Position numbers and translations under genes: made by a program
Shown: piece after piece, positions 41,638 to 55,918 of the stretch
Position numbering within the stretch: position 1 is the stretch's first letter
Layout: every line of letters begins with the position of its first letter
The notes under the pieces: model-generated
Databases searched by the model: none
What the model was told of the DNA's origin: nothing
Seen by the model: the letters and a program-made list of their open reading frames with translations, nothing else
Assembly: GCA_964016885.1 (NCBI GenBank)
Contig: OZ024742.1
Coordinates: forward strand, 306,342,001-306,406,000
Source of the DNA: Eledone cirrhosa
Lineage: Eukaryota
Reading direction: 5' to 3'
Length of the DNA: 64,000 nt

Positions 41638-42720
41638 CAAACAATAATGTCTGAATACATAAATAGCGATCTTATGTACATATTTATAATAATACCTTCT
41701 GCAAGCGAACTAAATCAATTGATGGCGTTGTCGATAGGACATCCAGATAAACGAGAATTAAAATAGAAAAGAAATTAGAATATTTAGATTAATCAGTGAA
41801 ACATAAAAATAGATAAAAGGATATATTGGTGACTCATTGTTAGGTGTTTATCAAACTTTTCACTTCCTATTATTTACTGATTTAATGTATTTTAAATACA
41901 TTATTGTTTCACGTATTTTTATAGTCTTTTCACGCTTACAAATGGTAACACCATTCCGAACTACATTTATACCAACAATAAGATAAAATGTTATAATAAA
42001 GGCAATGTCTGTCGAAAATGTATCCGATGTTAGTTAGGAAAAATAACTTCGTACTTGATAGGATTCAACATATCCCTTGTTGGAAGCCTGTCTGGAACTC
42101 TTCTTCAGAAATAGTTCGCAGATTTGCCGCTCATGTTTGAAAGTGAGACTCTTAAGTCGGATGTTGAGATGCCGGAAGGAAGCAGGCCTAGAATATTAGC
42201 GAAATACTTGCTTCGCCAAGAAAGCTTGGATCGCTTGCGATGGATGAGATGGGATGATGTTATGATGTAGCTGCTAGTTTCCTGAAGACAACACATCCGA
42301 TTTCTCGTCCGAACTACATTACGGAGACGTCGGAGTAGTTCTTGATAATATACAGTAGTGATTATTTGTCATCTCGTTTGTATTCATTTTGTACGACCTG
42401 AAGTGTTATTTGGGACCTTGGCGATGTTGGATTCTTCCAATGTAATGGGGTTTTTTCTTTCCATGTCATACCTTTGCACACATGTCTTATATCAGTGGGT
42501 GAAATAAAAGTTCGACGAATAGGTGGAACAGAACATCACATGCTTGACAGCGACAGACGAATAAATAGATAAATGTATGCGGCCCCACGTTCCACATATT
42601 TGTCTCCCCGTCACAATAATACCAATTTTGGAGTTCATCCACGAATCAATTCTGTCCTATAGTTTCTATTCTCTGTTTGTGTTAGCGGTAATCCTATTAA
42701 CTTTTATAAATAATTCTGCA

Positions 42721-42785
42721 ATACCTGATGAAATCGTCTAAGCCTCGGCTCATGATAGGATGATGAAACTAGACCATAGAAATAT
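42721..42785 (+). ncRNA. Degenerate hammerhead motif
   Basis: ATAC-CTGATGA-a ATCGTC...GATGAT-GAAA-CTA gacca TAG, with the cleavage triplet altered. Confidence 0.5.
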
Positions 42786-42921
42786 GTAAAGGTTTCGCAG
42801 AATTATAACTTTAAAAAGTTTCCAGTCCAGTTTTCAGTTGTTTTAAATGAATATTTAACTCCATTTCTACACCAACCACCGGATACCACATATACAATGG
42901 GTGGTTTGCATAACTTAAAGA

Positions 42922-42999
<78 letters not shown>

Positions 43000-43286
43000 T
43001 CAATTATAGGAACGATCGATTAATGTTATATCCTGACTCTGGAATCGGAAGCTCCTCAGATATGTGTTCACATGTAGACGCACGTCCAATTGATCGAACA
43101 TTAATCGATCATTCCTTGAACTGATCGGCAGTGAAACATATGTAATATGTAACTAAGTATGTAGATGTTGCAAATACTGATTCTTTGTTCCATTTTAATA
43201 TTATTATTGATGCTCTTCTCCCCATCGATTGCTCATCTTGGCATATTCATTTGCACCTCAAATACCTATATATATATATATATATA

Positions 43287-46200
43287 GTTGTTATATAGTA
43301 AGGTGCATTATTGGTTGTGAAAAATGATCCAATAACTTTATGTTAGCAATATTAAGTTCTCCACGCTTTTGTATATCTCCAATTCCATTCGAGGGAACAG
43401 CTAGATGATGTAAAACGGAATATAAGTATCAAAATGAAAATCCGAAGGCAAGGTAAAATTCCAATCATTTAATCACGACACATGTTTCAATAAGAGATAG
43501 ATCGATTATGAAGCCATGATCGAGTATTGAGGATAAAACCGAACCCTTCCATCCTAGAACCCCGAAGATTTTGCTGAAGGACCACAAATTGAACTTTGAA
43601 TCATTAAGACGTGTCAGGCTGATAGCCCCTTCGAAGTCGGACATAGGAATCGTAAGTCAAAATATCCTTGATAAGATAATCCCCATCCTAGTTAGGAGAT
43701 CGAAGCTGAAGTTGTGGTCAGGAACTAGTGAGGTAATTAACTGGTTTGAGAAATCGCAGAATAAGAATAGCACTAAGTTTATACAGTTCGATATCTCTAA
43801 TTACTACTCTTCAATCTCTCCAACTCTTCTAGGTAGGGCCCTTAACTTTGCTACCTTACACACCGACCTTACATCCGAGGAAATTAGCATTATCCTCCTA
43901 GCTAGAAAAACCTTCATTGAATTCAACGGTGACCTGTGGACTAGGAGGGATTGGCCAGACAATTTCGACATCACATCACCGTGGAACCACGGACTCGGCC
44001 CAGGTGACGGATCTGGTGGGCCTTTACCTCCTTCACTGTCTCGGAGCGGAAATGCCCCACCTGGGAGGCGGCGCTTACCGTGACGACGTCTTGTTTACTG
44101 TGTCGTTCCATAATAATAGTATGGTAGAGAGGGTGAGGAAAAAACTTCGCAAATTCTTCAAGAGCATAGACCTAAGTATAGTACTTGAAGAGAATTTAAA
44201 GATAGTTAATTTTCTAGATGTTACACTTAACCTCAATTCAGGACTCTTCCAACCTTACCACAAACCCAATGAGAATCTAAACTATGTCAACGCAAAATCT
44301 AACCACCCTAGAATAGTCACTAACGGTATTACCAAAAGCGTCTCTAGTAGAATTTCAGGACTATCTTCCAATGTAGATACCTTTAATAAGATCTCGAATT
44401 ACTATAATAGCGCCCTGGAACGCGCAGGGCATAGCGTGGGAATTTCATTCAAACGTCCATTAAATAGTAGAAGTAACTTTGTTCGCGATAGCTTAGGCCT
44501 AAATAGTGACACTCTAGTTAATAGCAGGTGGGATACGAGGGAGGATTCTTATAGTCTTCATGTTGTACTGCCGCCTAGTCCCAATGCTGTTGGTACTAAT
44601 AGAAACAGCCACCCAGGTACTAACACTGGGTCTGAGCAACGCAACGCCAGCGGAAACTCTAATGGTAACCTTAATTATGGAACCGATAAATACACCGTTG
44701 AACGCAGTATGGAACGGGGGTCGAGTAGGGGGAATTGGGACAGGTGTATCAGACGCATAGCTGATACAACCCTAGCTATCGAGGGTAACCCCAATAGCCG
44801 CCCTTGAGACTTGGGACGATTCCGAACACAATCGTGACACCGCAGGACACCATAGACCCACATATAATTTCCAGTTACAATAGTCTAGTAACTACTAGGG
44901 AGATAGGTAATTCTAATATAGTTAGTAGGAACAAGAGGCATCGGACCAGAAAAGTCCTGTGGTATAATCCCCCTTACTCCACTGGACTGACCACTAGTAT
45001 AGCTAAGCTTTTCTTTAGGGCCTTAGGCAAATGCTTCCCTAGATCGCATGAAATTATAAAATATTCAATAGAAATACTATCAAGCTGTCCTACTCCACAA
45101 CTAGTAACATAGCTCAGAATATAGCTAAGATGAATTATAGTAGACATGGACAGCCAATGAGGGAATTAGGCATGGCAGGAACAATGGCAGCTCTATAGAG
45201 GAACTGACTCATACACGTGAGGCGAGTCGGGCCGCCCCAACCCCAGGGAATTTACCCATAGAGCAGACTGGAACTGAGACCCGACCCCAAAGGTACCGTG
45301 GTCCATCCGGAACCACCCAGATCGATAGAAAAAAATGTAACTGCAGAAGCACCGCCACCTGCCCCTTGGCTGGGAAATGCCTTACCAAAAACATTGTCTA
45401 CGACTGTAAGGTCTCTACTCCTGATAGAACCTTTAGGTATGTTGGGGCAACTGCCATGGAATTTAAGGATAGATGGTATAATCACCGCCATACCTTTAAT
45501 AGATTAGATAAGAAAAATAGCACGGCACTTTCAGAATTAGTCTGGAAGCTTAAAGATCAGAATATAGAGCACTCCTTTTTCTGGTCCATAGTTTGTTCAG
45601 CCCAACCTTATAATGGCAGCACTGGGGTCTGCAATTTATGTATAGTTGAAACTTTCAATATTATTAGAGGCGGCTTAATTAATTAATAGAAGAGCAGATT
45701 TGTTCAGCAACTGTCAACATAGAACCTCGAAAACCTTCCGCAGGATTTTTGGAAGGTAACCTACCAATAACTCCTCCCTCTCTACTTTAGCCATAGAGTT
45801 CTCTCAATAAACGGACAGTCACACACTTAGGTAGTTAGACGGCTAAGATTGTTTGCGCACTTGCAAAGATACTCGGCCTGTTTCCACGGAGTACTCACAG
45901 CTGAGTGCTCTCTTTTAGAATACCTAGCTAGTAAATAGTTAGATTTATTACACACTTAGTTAGGACCGATTACGCTCCCTATACAAAACTCTACACATAG
46001 TACCCGCTTCCTTTAGACATTGAGCTCCCACTTTTACGACTGTCACGTTCATACCGACTGAACACTACACCAGGTTTTGATGCGTGATCATCTAACCATG
46101 GAGGACTCACTGTTACGGATTGAACAACGATACTGACACACCATTAATGGGCCTACACACATCCTTTGGATTTTACTATCCTGTGCTTTCTTACTTCACC

Positions 46201-47143
46201 TTCTGTGTTGAATAACACACCTCCACCACTCAAACAACTATCTTAAAAGCTCATTGGCCCATGTGGCGAGAGATCGCACTTGCGGACTCATTTACCCAAT
46301 ACCCAACCCTACACAGAGCCCTTTGCCGGCCCACATTGCAGTTGCTTGCACGCACTGATTTGGTGACTCTGATTCTCAATTGGACTACGGTACAGAAGGA
46401 GTTCGACATGAGCTGATTGCTTGCTCTTCACATGGATGTGTATATACCTGGATCCCCCCCACACACACACACATTTTTTTGACGATTCGGATGTGTATAT
46501 ACCTTTTACCATAACACACACTTGAAGATATGGATATTACAATTGGATCTATACACGTATACCAATATTTCCGATTTACATCGTCAAATTGAGATTTGAC
46601 CGACATAGCTTCTTTTCGGTGAGTGATGTGTTGGTACATTCTTATATGTGTTTTTTCTCGGATATCGCTTCGGTGTATGTGAAAGTGTGTGTGTACCCAC
46701 CCACGCTAATTCTACGGGTTTAATACTGATGTGTGTATATATATGTATTTATTTTTCTTTGACCTCGAGCCGATGTATGCGGGTGTGGAGTGTGTGTGTA
46801 CCCACTCACTTTTAACTGTGACTGACTGTATCCCTACGGATTTGATTGATGTCCAGCGTCTTTTGCAGCGATATACGTCTGAAAACTTTTATGACCTCAA
46901 CTAAAGCTAATAGCAGTCGCCATGTCTCTGACTGACTGGTGTGTCTCCATATGAGGGAATGAATTATGTGAGAGAACATCGTTATTTTTTCTCCCTCATA
47001 TCAAGAATTTGAAGACAATTCATTTTCACCTGATGAGATCAGTGATAATCGATCATGGCTTCATAATCGATCTATCTCTTATTGAAACATGTGTCATGAT
47101 TAAATGATTGGAATTTTACCTTGTCTTCGGATTTTCATTTTGA
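43287..47143 (+). mobile_element. 5'-truncated Naiad-like PLE with an inverted 3'-end copy at its 5' side
   Basis: 43428-43522 is the inverse of 47050-47144. HHR at 47026-47099 reads TCAC-CTGATGA...GAAA-CATGTG-TC. Confidence 0.85.
43523..45759 (+). pseudogene. PLE polyprotein, RT plus GIY-YIG, frameshifted
   Basis: Motifs LKDHK, FIQFDISNYYSSI, YRDD, FLDV, VLWYNPPYS, CNC..CPL.GKC, IVY...YVG and CNLC..E. Confidence 0.9.
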
Positions 47144-47160
47144 TATATATATATATATAT

Positions 47161-50100
47161 AGTTTAGCGAGGTTTTTTATATGAAATCGTGTGTCGAAAC
47201 AAATATTGTTATACTTGGGGAGGGTCATATTTGTGTAATATTGCCAGAATTAATAACAGAACACACTCACTGTTTGGTTGGTTTTCGCTTCTCGCTGTCC
47301 TTTATATCTGTAATCTAACTTACTCGGTCCTCAATGTTGCCATTGACTGACCGACGGTCAAAAATAATACAGATGCAATATAGACACAAACTCATATATA
47401 GTTTACATAAATCTTTACAACAATAATAACGGTAGTAGTAATATAAACAATAACTCTGGGTATAGAAATAACAGCCATAACCATAACAATAGCAGAAAAG
47501 TGAGAAATAGTGATAATGGTAATAATACTAGCGATAGACAGAACAACAACAACCACAATAATAATAATAATAGAAACATTAACCACAGACACAGCAACAG
47601 CGAACACAGTAGTAATAACGGTAACAATACGAACAACAACAACAATAACCACAGTGGTAATAATGGAAATAGTACATGTAGCAACATCAATGATAGACAC
47701 AACAAAAACAAGAAACATAATAAAAGTAACAACCACAATGGTAGAAATAACAGTAACAACAACAACAATAACGGTGAAGTAAACAACAATACATCTAGCA
47801 ATCATAACAATAATAATAATGCTAATGATAAAAACAACAACAACCACCCTGATAACAACAATAGCAACACACACAACTATGACGATAGATATAATGACAA
47901 CCCCTTAGAGAAACTATTTTTCAACCCAGCTGACAAAACATATAAGATGGGTAATATCTATCCTACGAGGTTACCCTTTAATAAAAGAGTTTGCATACCA
48001 CAACAAATAGATGACGAGACAGAGGCACAGTTCACCATAGCTAGAAATAAGATTAGACAAATAGTAGACAGGTATATTAAGAGACAGAGCAGACAAGAGG
48101 CCCAATAACTTGGGAGGAAACCTGTAGAAGGCTTGGTTAGCCTCAAGCAGCGCACGAGGATGGTGAGGTAGTGTGTCTACCCACAGATAAGTCTGGTAGG
48201 ATGTCAATAGATAGCATGCCGAACTACATCGAGGCTATGCAACCCCACATCACCAACACGAGCGAAGTTGCACAACAAACACACGATGGGAGAGAAAAAA
48301 TCCTCAACGCTCACATGATGATGTGGACTGACATCCTAAAGCCAAGCAGACGCACTGCCAACAACTTCCAGGCGTCTAACAATGGCATACCACCCTTGTA
48401 TGGGCTCCGCAAAGACCACAAGACAGTCGATGACCCGACAACAGGACCACCAACAAGACCCGTATGCGGAGCTAATATAGCTAGCAACTACAGGATCTCC
48501 TACTTCCTCTCAATGGTTATACGCCCCATAATCAAGATGTCCCCAGATGTATGTGACAGTACAGAGGACCTCCTCAGCAGAATCAGTGAGTGCAACAAAA
48601 ACAGGAGCCTATCCAACTGCATAATAGGCAGCATGGATGTGGTGTCACTGTACCCATCCATTAACATTGATTTTGCTGTGAAAAAATGTGTGGAGATGAT
48701 CATTGAGAGTGAGGTGGAGTTCTGCGACGTCGACACAGACGAACTGGGCCTCCTACTTAGACTTACCTACGACACTGACTACCTAGACAGCCATGACCTT
48801 AGATGTTTCTGCCCTAGTAGACCTATAAGAGGTAGACCCCCCGCCATAACCTCAATGGCAAAAAAGACTCCCATGGGAAGGTGGATTGGGTGGACCAAAG
48901 CTATACGGACCCCCCAAAACAATGATCAGGTAAGAAAAATGGTCGCACATGCAATAGGGGCTAGTATCAAAACTACCCTAAAGGGCCACATATTTAAGTT
49001 CAATGAGAAAATCTACACCCAAAATGAGGGAGCAGCCATCGGCGTCAGCATAGCTGGTGATGTTGCCAACCTTTTCATGGTATGGTGGGAAAGGAGACTT
49101 AAAGATCTCCTTAATGAAAGCTCCATAGACCTCATCATGTACTCTCGTTATGTAGACGATATCAATATAGTTATAAGAACACCCCCACTAGAGAGCACTA
49201 ACCAGTTTGATTTAGAACGTAGCACGATGGAAAGCATCCAGCAGATAGCTAATTCCATACACCAGAGTATAACTGTAACTATCGACTTCCCTTCCAAACA
49301 CCCTAAAAATAGACTACCTGTATTAGACACAGAACTCTGGATTAACACTATAGACGAGAGAGCTCAAATTCTCCACTCACACTATGCTAAACCCATGGCC
49401 TCCAAATACGAGTGATGAAGAATGTGCCCAGCATGTGCGACCCAACAGAAATGGAAAGACACATCCAACACTTCATCAACCGCATGCAGTTCTCTGGCTA
49501 CAACCAAAGAGACAGAGTCAGAGTATACGAAGGAGCCATGGAAAAGTATAAGACCCTCATAGAACTGGACATGAAAGGAATTTGCACATTATACAGGAGC
49601 AAATCATGGAATAGCTTAGATAGGGCTAGACATAAGATAGGGAAAGCCACATCATGGTACGACAACCAGAGATACCAGAGTGTCATGTTTGTGGACGCCA
49701 CCCCTGGAGGGAAATTAGCTAACCAGTGTAGAAAGGCCCTGAGAAAGACCCACTTAAAAATAAAGGTGGTAGAAAAGCCAGTAACCACCATAAAATCCCT
49801 GATCAGCAAAACCTACCCTTTTAAGAAAACCCACTGTACCAATAGGAAATGTATCATATGTAAGGTGAACCTCCGGATAAACTGTAAAACTAGAAACGTA
49901 GTCTATAGCATAAGATGTACAGAGGGTACTTGCAGAAACATGACAACAACATACATAGGTGAGACAGCTCGTAGCATAGGTGAAAGGATAGACCAACACT
50001 AGGGGGAACTAAAAGGACGAAAAAACGGGTCAGTACTATACGAACATGCTAGACAACAACATGACGGTAACATAGACAACATAGAAATTAGAATAATATC

Positions 50101-50740
50101 TAAACATAGAAATGACCCAGCAGATAGGCAAATCAGAGAGGCCAGTGAAATAGAAATTAGAAGACCAAAGCTAAACAGAAAAAATGAGTGGAATAACAAC
50201 AACACCCAAACAAACAACACTGACCTAAGAGAAGTATAAATAAGTAAATAAAATAAGATAAATAAATACATACACAAGTACATTAACAACAAGCACATAA
50301 ACACACACTAGTCACCCAGCAAACATAACACTATACACACTAGTCACACAGCAAACATAACACTATACACACACGCAAACGCATGCGCAAAGAAGACAAA
50401 ATAAAATAAACAAACAAGCAAATAAATAAATAAATATATAGACAGACTGAATAAAAAATGGCGTAGACATACAACACAACACTAGGAAAATATAACACCA
50501 CTGACGATGTTGCAGATGTGCAACGAAAGATTTATGTAAACTATATATATGTGTTTGTGTCTATATTGTATCTGTATTATTTTTGACCGTCGGTCAGTCA
50601 ATGGCAACATTGAGGACCGAGTAAGTTAGATTACAGATATAAAGGACAGCGAGAAGCGAAAACCAACCAAACAGTGAGTGTGTTCTGTTATTAATTCTGG
50701 CAATATTACACAAATATGACCCTCCCCAAGTATAACAATA
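47161..50740 (+). mobile_element. Neptune-like PLE with an inverted 3'-end copy at its 5' side
   Basis: ~47203-47416 is the inverse of 50526-50740. HHR-like CTGACGA-T-GTTGCA gatg TGCAAC-GAAA at 50501-50528. Confidence 0.88.
47417..50239 (+). pseudogene. Neptune-like polyprotein (Asn-rich N-terminal part, RT, GIY-YIG), disrupted
   Basis: Motifs TDKSG, LYGLRKDHK, RPVCGA, DVVSLYPSI, YVDD, LPVLD and VVY...YIGETARS. Stops or shifts near 48108, 49412 (deletion) and 50000. Confidence 0.9.
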
Positions 50741-50751
50741 TATATATATAT

Positions 50752-50817
<66 letters not shown>

Positions 50818-51533
50818 AAAGATGTTTATATATATATAGAGATGTCTGTATGTGTGTGTTTACGGTGGCCGTCTGCATTTTCGTTTACCAAGTACTACTC
50901 ACAAACTATTGGCAACTTGGTTCTGACGAGAAGCATTTGCCCACGATAATGCGCGGCAGGAATTAATTCCGATTCCCGCTACTATAAATATAATTATTCG
51001 GGTGTGTTTATCTGTTGTGTATGTGTGTGCGTGTATGTTTATGTATAATAGAGTACAAATATTTATCCCAAGCACCGATGTGATAAAGTAAATCAATTGT
51101 TTGATCATTCTTCATCAGTTGTAGCCATCAGAGTTCATTAAAATGTTTCGGACAAACCATGTCATTAACATATTTTTATTTTGTTTATATTTGCTCAAGT
51201 GAGGTTTTTGTTCAATATTCTTATTTTTTGCTTTTTTTATTATTTTATTTTATCTTGATAAATTATTACAGTATTGTTATTTATTTTGTAATGTTATTAT
51301 AATTATTTATTATTTATTAATTTTGTTATTGCAAATCAATAAAATCTGCAATGCCTTTATACATCGAAGGAGGCAATAGAATTAAGGAAGAAAAAATAAT
51401 TAAAATATATAATAGAAATTTGAACTGCAATCGAAAATTAATTTAAAAACAAAAAGTCTTGTTTTCCTCAATGTCGAATTAGAATTCCACTTTCGATTGC
51501 TTTTTTGTTTTAAATTGAAATCGCGCGTGTGTG

Positions 51534-51614
<81 letters not shown>

Positions 51615-52112
51615 TGTGGGCGTGTGTCTGTGTGTCTGTGAGTGTGTGTGAGCGAGAGTGTGCGTATATGTGTGTGTATTTGTGAGTGTGTGCTTGTGTG
51701 TGTGTTTGTGCGTTTATTTTTTCTGTATTTTATTCACCTCTTTCTTGGTTTATTTTATGAAAACAATTTTGTCAATTTGAAATTCGAAACAGAAATTATA
51801 AAAAATATAATGAAAAGAATACGATATTGAAAATACAAATAAATACTGAAACTAAATGTCGTCTCAGTGTTATTTTGTATCATATTTTAAAGCTGTTACA
51901 ATTAACGTTTGCAAGACTGTATTATCTACTTCGTTTTTCAAAGATAATGTTTGAATGGAACGAAACATTTTCAGGCAGTACTCTTTGAATTCAACGGTAT
52001 TGTATTTGTTCTTTATTTTCAGTAGGAGCTATGACTGAGTACAGGTTCAAATAAAGTTTAGTGATTTAGCACTACTAATAGCACTGCCCTGATATCAGAT
52101 CGAAAGAATAAT

Positions 52113-52290
52113 AATTGTTTCTACTTTTGGCACAAGGCCAGCAATTACCCTAGTGTATTACCGGTGCTTTATTTTTTCGGACTCATAACGATGAAAGGCA
52201 AAGTTAACCACGGCGGGATTTGAACTCAGAACGTAAAGGGTCATAACTCTGTGCTCCAAAGCATAGTGTCTGACGCTCTACCGATACTAA
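52113..52290 (-). mobile_element. SINE family S1
   Basis: Reverse complement of the copies at 52602-53211. Confidence 0.8.
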
Positions 52291-52601
52291 AGCTTGCTAA
52301 ACCATAGTGTTTGATGCACTGTTACGTTGGTAGATCATACGAGTTGCATGAATATAGGTGTTGCTGGTCTATGGGGTTTTCTGGATCATCGTGTGCTGCT
52401 TTAGGAGGTCCACCCTGGCCGAGACATTAGGATGCTCTGGTCTTAAATCAAAATATGTAAATAACAGAAAATTCAAAAAAGCAACAAAACTTTAATTTGA
52501 CTTGCAGCCCGTAATATTGTTTGCCAGTTGTTAATTGCTTACAATGCGAAATCGTAAACCACACAGCTGCCATACATACGTTGATATATTATTTTACCTT
52601 T

Positions 52602-53211
52602 AAGGCGGTGGATTGCCAGTATCGGTAGAGGGTCGGACGCCATTCTTTGAAACAAAGAGTTACGTCCCTTTATGGTCTGAGTTCAAATCCCGCGGAGGTT
52701 AACTTTGCCTTTCATACTTACGGGGTTGATAAAATAAAGTACCAGTAATACACTGGATAATTGCTGGCCTTGTACCAAAAGTAGAAACAATTATTTTACC
52801 TTTAAGGCGGTGGATTGGCAGTATCGGTAGTGCATCAGAAATCATATTTTGCAGCATAGAGTTATGCCCCTTTAGTTTCTGATTTCAAATCCTGCCGAGG
52901 TTAACTTTTCCTTTTATCCTTACGGAGTCGATAAAATTAAGTACCAGTAATGCACTGGTGTAATTGCTGAACTTGTGCCAAAAGTAGAAACAATTATTAT
53001 TATCACTAATGTTATTAAGGGTGGTGTAGTCGCAGTATTGTTAGAACATTGGACATTATGCTTTGTGGCATAAAGTTATATCCCTTTACATTCTGAGTTC
53101 AAATCCTGCCGAGGTTAACTTTTCCTTTTATCCTTACGGAGTCGATAAAATAAAGTAGCAGTAATGCGCTGGTGTAATTGTTGACCTAGTGCCAAAAGTA
53201 GAAACAATCAT
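52602..53211 (+). mobile_element. Three head-to-tail S1 SINE copies (~200 bp each)
   Basis: Starts near 52602, 52803 and 53017. A-box-like TGGCAGTATCGG, B-box-like GTTCAAATCC, 3' end AAAAGTAGAAACAATTATT. Confidence 0.85.
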
Positions 53212-53676
53212 TTTATGTTTATTGAGTCAGATATTTCTAGATGTGTTTTAAAATGATAAGATTCGTTAATACTTAGTAGTAGTGAAAATATTTAATGTGT
53301 TACTAATTGTTAAACCATAGTTATTTTTTTCTACCCACACTAACAAAACACATCTATGTATATACATGTTATGTTTATTGTATACCGAAGATCTTTTTAT
53401 CTTGGTTCATATTTGATAATATATTATGTTAATCTGCATATTATTTTTTGTCATGTCATAACTTTTTCTCCACATATCACTTTTGCCAATTGCTATTATG
53501 TCTATTCAGAGACAGATTTCTTAGGTCATTTTGCTACAATCACTTTAAAAATTTTGAAAGCTGTAAAACATAATATGCGCTACCTGTCTTAAATTGTATT
53601 TTCTGACCATTTTAGAGTGTAAACTAATCACTGCAACTAAATTGAGCAAATATGTCCGCCCCTCAGTTCATAAATG

Positions 53677-54658
53677 CTACCAGAACTATAAAAATGAGCG
53701 GAACAAGTAAACATTAAACAATCTTTTAAATAAATTAAAATACGATTTAAATATTCACCTGTTCTATTGCTGTTACCGACGGTTTCACTAATCAAAGGAT
53801 TGGAAATTCAGAGAATTTCCAATGGAAAGAATTAGCTCTTTAGAGAGCTATTTCCATACCATAGGGCATAAAGCCTCATAGTTTGTAAATATATCGCTTC
53901 CTGCCAGATGCATGAAATCAGGCCGTTAAAGTGACCTACACATAAATAGGCCGTAAGTAAAAGGGGGATATTATAGACTCGTTGATACTTCATGCCGCTA
54001 TAAAAAAATTAAAAAAATAGCAGCACGATACAACATTTTCTTCTCTACATAGAAGGAGAATAAATATAAAATGATATAGATATTCCAGCAGGTACTAAGT
54101 ACCTACGGAAATATATATGGTGTCTATAATCGTTGTTGTTCAATGGTACTAATTTGAGATACCAGAACTATAAAAATGAGCGGAACAAGTAAACCTTCTA
54201 TGTAGAGAAGAAAATGTTGTATCGTGCTGCTATTTTTTTTTTTTTTTTTTAGCTGCATAATGTATCAACGAGTCTATAATATCCCGCTTTTACTTACGGC
54301 CTATTTATGTGTAGATCACTTTAACGGCCTGACCTCATGCATCGGGCAGGAAGCGATATATTTACAAACTACGAGGCTTTATACCCTATGGTATGGAAAT
54401 AGCTCTCTGAAGAGCTAATTCTTTCCATTGGAAATTATCTGAATTTCCAATCTTTTGATTAGTGAAACCGTCGGTAACAGCAATAGAACAGGTGAATATT
54501 TAAATCGTATTTTAATATATTTAAAAGATTGTTTAATGTTTACTTGTTCCGTCCATTTGTATAGTTCTGGTATCTCAAATTAGTACCATTGAACAACAAC
54601 GATTATAGACACCATGTATATTTCCGTAGGTACCTAGTACCTGCTGGAATATCTGTAT

Positions 54659-54722
<64 letters not shown>

Positions 54723-54826
54723 GATATAGAAATTCCAGCAGGTACTAGGTACCTACGGAAATATACATGGTGTCTATAATCGTTGTTGTTCAATAGTACT
54801 AATTTGAGATACCAGAACTATAAAAA
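53677..54826. mobile_element. ~482-bp retrozyme (family G) in tandem and inverted arrangement
   Basis: TACCAGAACTATAAAAATGAGCGG repeats at ~53678 and 54160. 54194-54665 is the inverse. A further fragment lies at 54718-54826. Confidence 0.85.
54402..54481 (+). ncRNA. Type I hammerhead with extended stem II (mutated inverse copy ~53769-53848)
   Basis: GCTCT-CTGAAGA-GCTAAT...ATTAGT-GAAA-CCG t CGG-TA-ACAGC. Confidence 0.75.
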
Positions 54827-54840
54827 TATATATATATATA

Positions 54841-55217
54841 CGAGGGCAATCCCAAAAGTAAGGTCTCCTTCCGATATTGCAACTTTTCCGTTAAAATCCT
54901 GTGGATGGTGCTTCAGGAAACTTCGGGAACCAAAATGCAGAGAGCATCTAGAGTGATGCGCCGATCTTTACGCATGTTTTCCTCGGAAAGAGACCTTACT
55001 TTTGGGATTTCCCTCTATATAATAAATGCGCGGTAGCGTTCAACGAGAGCTCCATTCTCAACGGCTGCCAAGCCAAGATTGAGCATCCCAGCGAAGGGCG
55101 CGCATGCTTGTTTGGGAGTGAAAGAAGCACCAATCACAACAGTTTTGCCAACAGCCGTACGAACAGTTTTTCTGCGTCCCCATCGCTTTGGAGACCTTAC
55201 TTTTGGGATTACCCTCG
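54841..55217. mobile_element. Mariner-type MITE
   Basis: TIRs CGAGGGCAATCCCAAAAGTAAGGTCTCC and GGAGACCTTACTTTTGGGATTACCCTCG with TA flanks. Extra TIR copy at ~54990-55015. Confidence 0.8.
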
Positions 55218-55918
55218 TATATATATATATATATATATATAATTTGTATTCCAATGTTACTAAGTAGTTGCATTGGATGGAGTCAGCTGACGTCAGAGAT
55301 TGCTCAACGTATAATAAAGTGTGTTTTAAAATCCGGAGAAAATATGGAGAAAAAATTTACGAAATGGAAATGCGGGTATATAGAATTTATTAGGTAACAA
55401 TTGTTTCTATAGTGTATGAGTTACCTATACCTCGCTATTTGAATAATACACAAATATTATCAAAAACCGAAAGTACACTGTAAGTCAACACACCATGTCA
55501 TCAGACCTTTGTATTAGAATGATATGAAAATATTTTATACACTAGATAAAAGATAAAGAAGGAGGTAGGAAGAGAAGGGGGAGAGGGAAGTGAGTAAGGT
55601 GGAGGGAGTCTTAGGGTTTAAGACTGTCAGACTAGTAGAGATTGTGAAGAGAGAATGTTTTGGCAGCAGTTAGCTTAATGAGGCGTGCTAAGGTTGGCTG
55701 GGAAGTAGATACTGCTAGTGGTGTTGTTCGGACAAAATTTAGTTAGAGGGGTCAAAGTGGTACAATGTCACAGACAAGTTATTAGGGCTATTATAGTAGC
55801 AGGTTATTTCTAAAGGGGTCCAGAAAAACAGTGTTTAGTACTATTATTATAGAAAGCCATATCTAGTGTATAAACATATAAGACAGAAATTTGCAAACGT
55901 TGGTGTAAAAAGGTAACA

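Noticed and set aside
42060-42480. LINE endonuclease remnant on minus (CCLQET, QTGFQQG)
   Set aside because: Only two short motifs are visible, too degraded to delimit or classify.
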